The position numbers and the translations under genes are program-made. A model generated the notes under the pieces. That model was not told where the DNA came from and searched no databases. It was given only the letters and a program-made list of their open reading frames with translations. This document shows positions 1 to 8,805 of a DNA stretch of 64,000 nucleotides, piece by piece. Where the stretch lies: positions 2,506 to 66,505 of the IMG/VR virus record IMGVR_UViG_3300045988_161801; one strand, given 5' to 3'. Within the stretch, counting starts at the first letter, position 1; each line of letters begins with the position of its first letter. Source of the stretch: a virus.

Positions 1-187
1 TGTCGAGTCCCTTGTCAAAGTAACCCATTTCTTCAAGACCATAGATAATAGGAATTCCAATAATAATAAAAAAAATGAAAGTAACGAATAAAATTCCAAT
101 ACCTCCTATGATTGTGGCAACTCCCCAAATTATAACAAATCCTACAAGGAATTGTATTAGCACTTTTAGACCTTCATCAATTTTCAT
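1..187 (-). CDS. partial membrane protein (N-terminal 62 codons; ORF runs off the window start)
   Basis: ATG at 187 on the - strand is open to position 1. Translation MKIDEGLKVLIQFLVGFVIIWGVATIIGGIGILFVTFIFFIIIGIPIIYGLEEMGYF gives two hydrophobic helices. Absent from the ORF track because it is truncated. Confidence 0.5.
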   Translation of the reverse strand, partial: MKIDEGLKVLIQFLVGFVIIWGVATIIGGIGILFVTFIFFIIIGIPIIYGLEEMGYFDKGLD

Positions 188-243
188 GATAATATATTTT
201 AATTAATAGTACAAATATACAGAGAAAATCTCTGAAATTTAAA

Positions 244-783
244 ATGAATGATATGTATAAAACAAAAAGTATTGTTGGAGCGAGATTAGTTGAATATATC
301 ACGCACAAAGGAATGTCTATAAATTCATTTGAAATAGAATGGGGCGTTTCGAAAAACTATATAAAAAATATTGTTAGAAATATAAAACCAGAGTATTTAG
401 AATCGTTAATAGAGAAATGGCCTGATATAAATCTTAATTGGCTTATAATGGGTAAAGGGAATATGCTTAATGAATCTAAATCTGATTCTGATATTCCCGG
501 TATGTCATTGCCTCAAATGCCCGAAGTGCCAAAAATTCCGGTTAATCAAGAAGGTAATAATGCCATATTCGAGGCGTTGATCAAAACTCTTAACGTGCAA
601 AAAGATGCCTTCGATATTGTCGTGAATAATTTGAAAAATCAATTAGAAGATGAACGGAAGTTTAGAAATGAAAAAATGAACGAACTAGAAAGACACATAT
701 TGAATCAAAGTTCTCAAATAAGTACTTTAATAGAGAAGGTAAATTTGATCACGAAAGACAAAAATGGTAAAAAAGCTAGTTGA
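244..783 (+). CDS. HTH DNA-binding protein, phage CI-repressor-like
   Basis: N-terminus GARLVEYITHKGMSINSFEIEWGVSKNYIKNI...NLNWLIMGKG resembles the Bacteroidales CI-type HTH (PF07022-like, from memory). C-terminus is coiled-coil. Confidence 0.6.
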   Translation: MNDMYKTKSIVGARLVEYITHKGMSINSFEIEWGVSKNYIKNIVRNIKPEYLESLIEKWPDINLNWLIMGKGNMLNESKSDSDIPGMSLPQMPEVPKIPVNQEGNNAIFEALIKTLNVQKDAFDIVVNNLKNQLEDERKFRNEKMNELERHILNQSSQISTLIEKVNLITKDKNGKKAS

Positions 784-888
784 GAGCCTATTTTATTGAA
801 ATTATAACAATTATTATGAAACATAATAGATGGTGTGTCGTAAAATGAAAAACTAATAACCAAAATTATGAACTAAAAGAAAAATCTT

Positions 889-1110
889 ATGAGCGATTTT
901 ACCGAAGTAATAGAAAAACTGACTGTTGTCATGAACACTCAATTAGCTATAATTAAAGAACAATGTGCGGAAAAAGAATCCACGATAACAAAGCAACTTG
1001 AGTTTATGGAAAAACAACATGGTTTACTAGAAAATATGCTAAAAGTTTCGGTTGCGGAATTTAAAGAGGGAAAGGTCGTTTCGATGCCGAAAACTGCAAA
1101 ACAGCAATAA
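889..1110 (+). CDS. hypothetical small coiled-coil protein
   Basis: 73-aa ORF with no better competing frame. No recognisable motif. Confidence 0.4.
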   Translation: MSDFTEVIEKLTVVMNTQLAIIKEQCAEKESTITKQLEFMEKQHGLLENMLKVSVAEFKEGKVVSMPKTAKQQ

Positions 1111-1221
1111 TGCAGGTGTTATTATTTTAAAATAGTATAAATTACAAGTTAATAGTTCTTCCATGGAACGTGTTTTGATCGTTTGTATATATATTTGTAG
1201 CACCAATTAAAGAGGAATGTT

Positions 1222-1788
1222 ATGCAGACACGTGATGAAATATTGAAAATGAAAGCAGCAATGCTTTATATTATCAACAAGGTTGATAGTATTGACACGT
1301 TGCATCTGTTCAAAATATTGTATTTCGCGGACAGGGAACATCTTGCGAAATACGGTAGACATATCATTCATGATGATTTCAGGGCTATTGACATGGGACC
1401 AATCCCGTCATGTATATATAGTGCGATTAAGGTTGTGCAAGGAAAGAATCGTCCTGAAGATTATTCAAGCTTGGAAGATTTGTTTAATAGTATCGAAATT
1501 AGCGATAGGTTACACTACGTTATAAAAGCGAAAGAACAGCCAGACATGGATGAATTGTCTGTTAGCGATGTAAAATGCTTGGATGATTCATTTGAAGAAA
1601 ATCGCTTGGTTGATACTTATGATTTATCCAAAAAATCTCATGATTATGCTTGGTGTAAAGCTAGAGATGGAGGATATAGTAATAATCCATCAATGAACAC
1701 TCTTGACATCGCTCGTGCGGGAGGTGCTAGTGATGCAATGCTTGAATACATTAAAGAATCCGAGATTGTTGATTCTATATTAAGGTAA
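1222..1788 (+). CDS. Panacea (DUF4065 / SocA-GepA-like) antitoxin-domain protein
   Basis: LHLFKILYFADREHLAKYGRHIIHDDFRAIDMGPIPSCIYSAIK is the hallmark N-terminal core of DUF4065. A promoter-like TAtaTTTG lies upstream. A small partner ORF starts 5 nt downstream. Confidence 0.7.
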   Translation: MQTRDEILKMKAAMLYIINKVDSIDTLHLFKILYFADREHLAKYGRHIIHDDFRAIDMGPIPSCIYSAIKVVQGKNRPEDYSSLEDLFNSIEISDRLHYVIKAKEQPDMDELSVSDVKCLDDSFEENRLVDTYDLSKKSHDYAWCKARDGGYSNNPSMNTLDIARAGGASDAMLEYIKESEIVDSILR

Positions 1789-1793
1789 TCATC

Positions 1794-2264
1794 ATGGGGT
1801 TGGGGGATTTACTAAGTGATGAAATAAAGGACAAGTTAATAAGTTCTGTTCTTGACATCGGGTGTGTTTATCGTATGAAATTAACGGAAGAAGAAGGCGT
1901 GACACCCAAAAACGAAGGGGATGATTCAAGGAATAAATTTTTTATTATTGTCGGTTTTGATAACGAAGGTAATGCTCTCGGTTTTTTATTAATAAATACG
2001 AATCTTCGAAATGAATATACCGAGGAAATACTTGCCCTTCAATACCCGTTATCTCATGAAAAGTATGATTTTCTTGGAGGTAAATCAAGGTATGTAGATT
2101 GTAGTCAAATAAAGTCTATCAAGAAAGAAAAATTTAATTCGTTGTTCGGGGGTGAAAAATCTCGTGGCGTTATATTAGAAGAGGATTTAGAGCTAATTCT
2201 TGATTGCGTGAAAAATGCCCCGACTATAACTCGCAAGGAATTGAAGAAATACGGGCTTTTATAA
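1794..2264 (+). CDS. putative toxin partner of the Panacea antitoxin (unassigned family)
   Basis: Operonic with 1222-1788. Paralogous to 48954-49379: KFFIIVGFDNEGNALGFLLINTN..LALQYPL..YDFL versus KFFVIMGVNEDKVAGFFFINSN..LALQYPL..YNFL. Confidence 0.5.
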   Translation: MGLGDLLSDEIKDKLISSVLDIGCVYRMKLTEEEGVTPKNEGDDSRNKFFIIVGFDNEGNALGFLLINTNLRNEYTEEILALQYPLSHEKYDFLGGKSRYVDCSQIKSIKKEKFNSLFGGEKSRGVILEEDLELILDCVKNAPTITRKELKKYGLL

Positions 2265-2374
2265 TTCTTATTATTTGAATTCGTTCTAAAATACGTGCAA
2301 AACAATCCTTTGCGGTGTACGTCTCGATTTAATTGTATATCTTTGTATTATTATATTAACTAATGTATGAGTGT

Positions 2375-2977
2375 ATGAAAAGAATCTTAATTATGTGCTT
2401 GTGTATCTTTGTTGTATTTACATCAATTGCACAAAATATAAAAGAACAACAAGATAGTATTCTCAAACATCTTGAGTTCAAAGGTATAGAAATAAATGGA
2501 AACATTGACACTTTCATTCAAAAATTAGAAGATGAAGGATTTGTATACAAGCAAAAAGTAAGAGATGACCTACTAACTATAATGGAAGGTGAATTTATTG
2601 GGAAAAAATGTGTTCTTATCATAGCCTGCAGTCCCAAAACCAAAATTACATCAAAAGTGTCTGTGTTATTAGAAAAATCTGAATCGTGGACCTCTCTTAA
2701 AGTCGCCTATAATTATTACAAAGAATTGTTTAGTAAAAAATACGGTACATCTAAAAGTTTTGAATTTTTCTCAAAACCATATTATGAAGGAGATGGATAT
2801 GAACTTCAAGCAATAAGAAAAGACAAGTGTACCTACATATCTCGATGGGAAACAAAAAGAGGAACTATATCTGTTGGGATCGCAAGTACGAATGCGATAA
2901 TAATAGATTATGAGGATAAAATAAATTCAAAGAAAGCTTCTGAAGAACAAGATAAAAAAATATTGGACGAAATTTAA
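2375..2977 (+). CDS. secreted protein of unknown function
   Basis: The internal ATG at 2375 gives MKRILIMCLCIFVVFTSIAQN, a signal-peptide-like N-terminus. The track start at 2363 is also possible. Confidence 0.55.
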   Translation: MKRILIMCLCIFVVFTSIAQNIKEQQDSILKHLEFKGIEINGNIDTFIQKLEDEGFVYKQKVRDDLLTIMEGEFIGKKCVLIIACSPKTKITSKVSVLLEKSESWTSLKVAYNYYKELFSKKYGTSKSFEFFSKPYYEGDGYELQAIRKDKCTYISRWETKRGTISVGIASTNAIIIDYEDKINSKKASEEQDKKILDEI

Positions 2978-3104
2978 TGATATAATACCATCTTCTTGGT
3001 GTTTTTATTCTTCATGGAATCTTTGTTTTAAACTCAGCAAAAGGCATTTGATACATAACATGATAGTATTAGTTGGGAATAAATGACTGCAAATTTTATC
3101 ATTT

Positions 3105-3638
3105 ATGAGAATTATTTTAATTGCATTGGTTATATTATTGGTATGTAGTTGTTCTGATGATATGGAAAGATCTATTTTTGAATCTTTCCCTTTAGATGAA
3201 TTAAACAAGGTAATGGTAAAACATCCAAAGTTCGAGGAATTATATGATGATATACAAAAAACTAATATGCTTTTAAAAGATACTCAAAAAGCAAAATTCT
3301 TGGAATTGACTTACAAGAGAGTTTTTCATATAGATACCTTGTTGGAATGGATACAAGAAAAACAATTAGATGATTTTCGAAAAGTATGTAAAATGTATGA
3401 ATACAAGATTGATTCCATTGCCAATTCATTTATCGGTCGTGAAGATATACCTGAATATATTAATGAATATATAAAAAATAGATACATGGATGATGGGGCA
3501 ATTATTATTAAGGAGTTTATAAATCCTCAATTCAAGATATTTAATGAATTAGTTTACGAGTTAAAAGATTCATTGGCTAAAACAGATAGTTTAGCATTTG
3601 AATATTGGTTGTTGTTAAATCCATTGTATATGGATTAA
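3105..3638 (+). CDS. putative lipoprotein
   Basis: MRIILIALVILLVCSCSDD has a hydrophobic h-region followed by Cys, which is lipobox-like. Confidence 0.55.
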   Translation: MRIILIALVILLVCSCSDDMERSIFESFPLDELNKVMVKHPKFEELYDDIQKTNMLLKDTQKAKFLELTYKRVFHIDTLLEWIQEKQLDDFRKVCKMYEYKIDSIANSFIGREDIPEYINEYIKNRYMDDGAIIIKEFINPQFKIFNELVYELKDSLAKTDSLAFEYWLLLNPLYMD

Positions 3639-3648
3639 TTCTATTAAA

Positions 3649-3673
3649 AAGAACTTGGAATACCCAAGTTCTT
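3649..3673. terminator. hairpin between convergent genes
   Basis: aagaacttgg / ccaagttctt is a 10-bp stem with a 5-nt loop. It lies between the stop of 3105-3638 (+) and the stop of 3672-3938 (-). Confidence 0.45.
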
Positions 3674-3938
3674 ATTCGTCTTTTTCTACAGAATTTTTGT
3701 ACTTGAATCCCGTGAAAAGGCACTTGATATTCTTGATCATGCCATTGTTCCCTTCCGGGTCAAAAGTGATCCTCGGTTTTCCAGTTTTCTCGTCCCAACG
3801 GGCTATAACGTAACTTTCCGTGCCATTTCTTCTAACAACAAGAGCCGGGACATCACCTTCCCACTTGTCGCTGATGGCCGTTTTTTTACCTATCGTTGAA
3901 AGGTTTAGCCTTTCCATTACTAATTGTTTGCTATTCAT
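3672..3938 (-). CDS. hypothetical protein (last gene of the TerL-portal operon)
   Basis: 88-aa ORF whose start overlaps the portal stop by 8 nt. Confidence 0.45.
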   Translation of the reverse strand: MNSKQLVMERLNLSTIGKKTAISDKWEGDVPALVVRRNGTESYVIARWDEKTGKPRITFDPEGNNGMIKNIKCLFTGFKYKNSVEKDE

Positions 3939-5454
3939 TTTCTTCGGTATTTGGGTTATTTACTTTTTTCTTGTTCTCGTTGTCATACACCTCTTCCACC
4001 TTTTTGGTATCAAGCTCCGTCTCCGCTTGGTTCTCTAATCTCTTGTACTCGTCATTCGTTCCAAGCCCGCTTTTGGTGGCGGCAGATTCGATAGAAAGGA
4101 ATTTAGCTTGTACTGCCTTGTATAACATTTCGATGTATTCGGCCTCGTTTTGATGTATGTAAACCTTGATGGAAGCGTTCACGTCAAGATCATCGTAATC
4201 GCTAACGTTACCTTTTTCTATCCCGTAACCGTGCTTGAATATTCTAAGCATATCATCAACGGGTTGGTTGAAAAAATTGGCATCCGTCTTGGCGATCTCG
4301 ATGGAGGGGGAGTATTTTATCTTTATCGATGCGCCGCTTTCATCCCCGCTTCTCTCTTCGGGAGGTAAAACGATGAAACTACCCATTAAAATGAACTTGA
4401 GTAATTTTTCTATCTCGAGCGTGAAAGATTGAGATGTTTCACCGCCATCCAGTATTTTAGCGTTTCCCGCCGGGTCATTTATTTTTATGACGCTCACGGG
4501 CTTGTTCAAGTTACCCCTGACGATTTTAACTGAATTAGCGGTAACCACAAGTGTCGGGAATGCCCTTGACTTGTTTACTTCCCTTAATCTCGATAGTGAT
4601 ACTTCCAGTTTCTCGATATTATCTTGCGAGAAAGACCAACAAGCCCCGTTGGGATCGTACGAGTAAGCTACCGGCACGAAATCGAATCCATGAAGACCAC
4701 TTTTGATTAACTCCCACCCGTCAAGACCAAATAATTGATCCGTTTTTATTTTCTTTCTCTTGGAATTAACGCCAGCATACCGGTACGTGTAAATTTTTTG
4801 GTTGTCCCATACGTTCATGTATTCACCCGATTCATTCCCGCTAGGATCGTACTGTTTAAATCTTCTCCCGAAGACCTCCAATTCCCCCGTCACGAAATCT
4901 CTTTTGCGATATAGCGTGTCCCCGTCAAGAAAAGAAAATACACGCCACCCGAACTTCTTGTTATTAATGTACCCGCAAAACGCCCCGTTACCCGTGATAT
5001 AAACCGATCTAGCAAGGTAAAAAAACGCCGTGTTCATGTTTTTGTTTTCCCATCCTTGCGACAAGTTATATATCAGGTCTTTTTGTTTCTTGCTAGTTTT
5101 AAGCCCTGAATAGGTGATCTGTATAGGATTCCCGCACAAGTGGGTTAATCTTTTTTCCACGATAACCCTTTGCATGGAAACTGATACCCTTTCCACGGGG
5201 ACAAAACAATAGTGTTCTTCACCCGTTTCCTCGTCTTTTATTTTCTTTATCTCGTCTTGATACCAGCTACTGTCGTTAATACGATGCCCGGACGGGTAAA
5301 ATTCACGAATGAAATCAGCTTGTGTCACGATTTGATAACTCACGTTATCCACCGGTAGCGAACATGATTCGTTACCGGTAATCACGTTCCCTTGCATGTA
5401 GTTATCAGGAAGTACCCTCTTGAACACGTCTTGATATTGTAATATTCTTACCAT
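3931..5454 (-). CDS. portal protein
   Basis: 507 aa, immediately downstream of TerL and overlapping it by 7 nt. Size and position are typical of portals. No motif was checked. Confidence 0.65.
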   Translation of the reverse strand: MVRILQYQDVFKRVLPDNYMQGNVITGNESCSLPVDNVSYQIVTQADFIREFYPSGHRINDSSWYQDEIKKIKDEETGEEHYCFVPVERVSVSMQRVIVEKRLTHLCGNPIQITYSGLKTSKKQKDLIYNLSQGWENKNMNTAFFYLARSVYITGNGAFCGYINNKKFGWRVFSFLDGDTLYRKRDFVTGELEVFGRRFKQYDPSGNESGEYMNVWDNQKIYTYRYAGVNSKRKKIKTDQLFGLDGWELIKSGLHGFDFVPVAYSYDPNGACWSFSQDNIEKLEVSLSRLREVNKSRAFPTLVVTANSVKIVRGNLNKPVSVIKINDPAGNAKILDGGETSQSFTLEIEKLLKFILMGSFIVLPPEERSGDESGASIKIKYSPSIEIAKTDANFFNQPVDDMLRIFKHGYGIEKGNVSDYDDLDVNASIKVYIHQNEAEYIEMLYKAVQAKFLSIESAATKSGLGTNDEYKRLENQAETELDTKKVEEVYDNENKKKVNNPNTEENE

Positions 5455-7064
5455 GCCTCTAAATTTTCATCGTTATTGTTATTGTGTTTAGTAAAGTAAG
5501 CGTGCATTAACAGCATCTCTATTATGTCCGGGGAGTGCCCGATCTGTATTTTCATGTCATATTTTTGGATTAAAGTGTATTTCCCGTTCGTGACAATTTT
5601 CCTTTTTAAAGCGGGTCTTTCGGACGTGACTAGATCTTCAAGCGTTAATAGCAAATCTTTAAAGTAGGGTGTCTTGAATTTCCTGTTTTTTAAATTTGGG
5701 TCAACGCTATACTTTCCTTCCTTCACGTCTGTAACCCATTGTTCCGCGCATTCTGATTTCAAGTTTCCCCATATCTCCGGGTTGGAAGCCCTCGAGTTGT
5801 TGTTAAATTTTTGTGATTCAGAGAAGGGTTCGACTAGATATTGCCCGATTCCGTTAAGGTCGAAAAGAAAGTTCTCTTTTCTTATATTGTTCTTCTTGAG
5901 GAAGTTTTTTACTTTTTCTTTCGCTGTTTCACTCCCAACACCTGTAAATATCTCTATATCGTAAAGGTGTTTCCCGTTGAAGGCTCCTATCACGAAATTG
6001 TCAAGGGTCAATGCCACGTCCGCTACTGCCGTCCTGAACCCGGTGGTTTGCGGCGTGTTATTGAACATTAATTCTATATCTTGTGATGTTAGCAACGCTT
6101 CTGATTCCTCGTCATCGCCCCATATCCCGTTGATGTCCTTAATTGACTGCCTTCCCCCTTGTTGGGCTAGCCGCCCCAGGTAATTCGGGTCTTTTTTTCT
6201 GAATATCTTGTTATCAGCATATTCTCCCTCGATAAAGCAAAAAGACGTGATTAAATCGTATTTGCTACCCCCGCTATCGCTTAATCTCTCGTCGTAAATC
6301 ATGTCAATGTACGCTTTTGCCTTCTCGTAAACTTCCTCTTTTGAATCTCCCCACGCGATCTCGGTGATGTCACTGCCGTACTTGTAAAAATATCGTGTAA
6401 CACCGGATCTTTCTTTTATAATCTGGTTAGTGTTCTCGTCAATGTACCACGATATAAACTTGTACACCCAATTTTTTCTACTTACCGGGTTGCAAGATGC
6501 AACAAATTTATTTTTAATCCCTAACCCGTTCCTGTTGGAAGCAAGTAGGGTAAAAAACGTTTTAAAACTGATTTGCGGTAGCTCGTCGATTAACATGCAA
6601 GGAATTTCTACCCCACGAAAACGACGGTCAATCTCGTTCTCGTTCTGCAAGTGTTCGAATATGACCTTGGCTCCCGACGGGAATTCCCACGTGAAATACG
6701 ATTCTTTGGGCGTGGCGTAGCCGGTATATATTTGCTTGCTTGTATTCCATAATCCCTTTTTAATATCTTTTTCTTCCTTCCTGAAACCATAGCAGGTGAA
6801 CAATGGATTCTCGATATATTCTAACGGAACTAGCTCCATAACGGCTGTTTTTCCGCCACCTCGTTTCCCTCCTATAATAAGCACGTCCGCGTCACATGTC
6901 AAAACTTTTTCTTGAAATCCAGTTTGCGGGATGATGTTGTACATCTTGGAACCGGGTGGTAAGGATAAATTATCCTCTCGTAAAGTCTCCACGTACTCCC
7001 TGGTGTAAACTTCCATTCCCATTCTTAGAAAATCAGGATCTAGTATTTGAACATTTACTTCCAT
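5448..7064 (-). CDS. terL: terminase large subunit
   Basis: Walker A-like GGKRGGGKT, Walker B-like CMLIDEL, and a C-terminal nuclease-sized half. 538 aa. Confidence 0.85.
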   Translation of the reverse strand: MEVNVQILDPDFLRMGMEVYTREYVETLREDNLSLPPGSKMYNIIPQTGFQEKVLTCDADVLIIGGKRGGGKTAVMELVPLEYIENPLFTCYGFRKEEKDIKKGLWNTSKQIYTGYATPKESYFTWEFPSGAKVIFEHLQNENEIDRRFRGVEIPCMLIDELPQISFKTFFTLLASNRNGLGIKNKFVASCNPVSRKNWVYKFISWYIDENTNQIIKERSGVTRYFYKYGSDITEIAWGDSKEEVYEKAKAYIDMIYDERLSDSGGSKYDLITSFCFIEGEYADNKIFRKKDPNYLGRLAQQGGRQSIKDINGIWGDDEESEALLTSQDIELMFNNTPQTTGFRTAVADVALTLDNFVIGAFNGKHLYDIEIFTGVGSETAKEKVKNFLKKNNIRKENFLFDLNGIGQYLVEPFSESQKFNNNSRASNPEIWGNLKSECAEQWVTDVKEGKYSVDPNLKNRKFKTPYFKDLLLTLEDLVTSERPALKRKIVTNGKYTLIQKYDMKIQIGHSPDIIEMLLMHAYFTKHNNNNDENLEAW

Positions 7065-7065
7065 A

Positions 7066-7127
7066 ACAAAAAAGCCCGGAATACTTTTTTAAAAGTACAC
7101 CGGGCGGTTCGCCTCTTTATGCTATTT
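7066..7127 (-). promoter_or_regulatory. late-operon leader: conserved box plus intrinsic terminator directly upstream of terL
   Basis: The - strand reads aaatagcataaagaggcgaaccgccc, then hairpin gcccggtgtactttt/aaaagtattccgggc, then T6, ending 2 nt before the terL ATG. Confidence 0.6.
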
Positions 7128-7157
7128 ATATGCAATCTAAATAATGTGCAATAAAAT

Positions 7158-7188
7158 TTTGTTTTTAAAAGTGTATTGCTTACATTTG
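7158..7188 (+). promoter_or_regulatory. Bacteroidota-type promoter (TTTG -33 / TAcaTTTG -7)
   Basis: TTTG at 7158-7161 and TACATTTG at 7181-7188, with a 19-nt spacer. Confidence 0.5.
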
Positions 7189-7211
7189 TGATACAAATAT
7201 ATAGTAAAAAT

Positions 7212-7427
7212 ATGGGAACTGCAAGTAGATCGTTATTTGGATTGCATATAAATAAAATGGAGAGCCATAGAAAGGCGATTTTGTGTTCAAGTGATCAATG
7301 CAGGCACAAGATAATTTGCGAGGTAGAGGGGAATAGCGTGTACATTAAATGCAAGCGTTGTCCTTCCATGTACAAGCTTACTTATAACGAAAGCACGAGA
7401 ACGTTTGACATGAAAAAAGTTGAATAA
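7212..7427 (+). CDS. small zinc-ribbon protein, Com-like
   Basis: CSSDQCRHKIICEVEGNSVYIKCKRCPSMY has the CxxC..17..CxxC pattern of Mu Com-type zinc ribbons. The ATG at 7212 is preferred to the TTG at 7176 because the -7 box overlaps 7181-7188. Confidence 0.4.
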   Translation: MGTASRSLFGLHINKMESHRKAILCSSDQCRHKIICEVEGNSVYIKCKRCPSMYKLTYNESTRTFDMKKVE

Positions 7428-7438
7428 AATTTGATCTA

Positions 7439-7497
7439 AAATAGCATAAAGAGGCGAACCGCCCGTGAGTACCGAAAGGTGTCACGGGCGGTTTTTT
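7439..7497 (+). promoter_or_regulatory. late-operon leader: conserved box plus intrinsic terminator upstream of the head/tail operon
   Basis: aaatagcataaagaggcgaaccgccc (7439-7464), hairpin ccgcccgtga/tcacgggcgg (7459-7491), then T6 (7492-7497). Confidence 0.6.
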
Positions 7498-7510
7498 AAT
7501 ACATAATGAA

Positions 7511-8149
7511 ATGGATAAAGAAAAAATCTTACCAGAAATCAAGAAAAGAATCGAGGCTCAAGGTAAAAAAATTACTTTGACAGACAGAACGATAGAAGAC
7601 TACATCACGAAAGTTATTTCTCGTATCGTGAAAGATGATAGCGAGTTAACGGATGAATTTTACAACGATCATATAGATATGCTGTTTAGCATGAATGGTC
7701 AAGTGAATAGCGAGGTAGCCAGTATCGTTAAAGAAAAAGGGAAAAACCCGAACGAAACACAACTTCCCAAAACTACCATTAATCCAGAAATCGAGGAATT
7801 AAAAAAAACCGTGAAGCAAATGCAGGACGAGAAGGAATCCGAAAAACGGAAGATTGAATTTCAGTCCCGCGTGAATTCTGCCCGTAACTTCACGAAAAAC
7901 GAGAAGTGGGCGAAGAACGAGAAAATCATCAAGTACGCTATTGAGCTTGTTCCCTTTGAAGAAGAGATGACTCAAGAACAGTATTCTGAAAAGTGCAAGA
8001 AAAAATACGACGAGTTGATGACTGATTTCTACGGTGATGGTATCGCTCCAGAACTCGGTGGTGTAAATGCTACCCCAACGATCAGCGAGGAAGAAAGGGA
8101 TAAGGCCGCTCGGGAAAGAGCGCAGAGAACTAAAAATATTATCGTTTAA
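7511..8149 (+). CDS. scaffolding-like protein
   Basis: 212 aa, highly charged Glu/Lys-rich coiled coil. First gene of the head operon, two genes before the capsid gene. Confidence 0.45.
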   Translation: MDKEKILPEIKKRIEAQGKKITLTDRTIEDYITKVISRIVKDDSELTDEFYNDHIDMLFSMNGQVNSEVASIVKEKGKNPNETQLPKTTINPEIEELKKTVKQMQDEKESEKRKIEFQSRVNSARNFTKNEKWAKNEKIIKYAIELVPFEEEMTQEQYSEKCKKKYDELMTDFYGDGIAPELGGVNATPTISEEERDKAARERAQRTKNIIV

Positions 8150-8164
8150 TCAAAATTAAAAGAC

Positions 8165-8803
8165 ATGCCGCAGTATATTAATCAAATTTCGTCTCGCAAG
8201 GAGGAAGTAGGTGGGATGATTCCTGTCTACATAAATGCCCCGTTGACGAGAGTAGGTAGTGGTCTGCTGGGGAACAAGCTAAAATACATGGAAAAACTTT
8301 CCGTGGGATCCCCGTTTGAATACAATTACAAGACGAGAGTAAGTAAAATTTTAAAGTGTTTCGAGGTGAAGGAAGCTAGCACTTCTGACACGAACACGAT
8401 TATAACGCTCAAGAGGACTTTTCTTACTCCCATGTTGTACCCGGGAATGAACTTGATGGTGGAACCTTCCACGATCAACGGTACCGGTAAAGCTGTCACG
8501 ATCACGAGTGTTGACGAGAGTAAGTCTAACGAGTACAAGATAACAGTCACCACGGCTGATATTGATGCCGTTTCTAAAGGAAAATTCTTGGTAGAAGCAG
8601 AAGGTTCGGGATCTGGGAAAAAAATGTTCTGTATTCCAGATAACTTGACTATCAAGGATACTATAGGTGGTGATCAAAACTTGCTAGGTGTCCCTTACAC
8701 GCGCAAGTACTTGTACGAGAATTGTATCCCGGCGATGCCGAAGATTGTGAAAGACAACATTAAAGATGTTGTATGGGAATGGTTTGACGAAAATAACGAG
8801 TAA
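8165..8803 (+). CDS. hypothetical head protein (decoration-protein position)
   Basis: 212-aa ORF between the scaffold-like and capsid genes. Called by position only. Confidence 0.35.
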   Translation: MPQYINQISSRKEEVGGMIPVYINAPLTRVGSGLLGNKLKYMEKLSVGSPFEYNYKTRVSKILKCFEVKEASTSDTNTIITLKRTFLTPMLYPGMNLMVEPSTINGTGKAVTITSVDESKSNEYKITVTTADIDAVSKGKFLVEAEGSGSGKKMFCIPDNLTIKDTIGGDQNLLGVPYTRKYLYENCIPAMPKIVKDNIKDVVWEWFDENNE

Positions 8804-8805
8804 TT

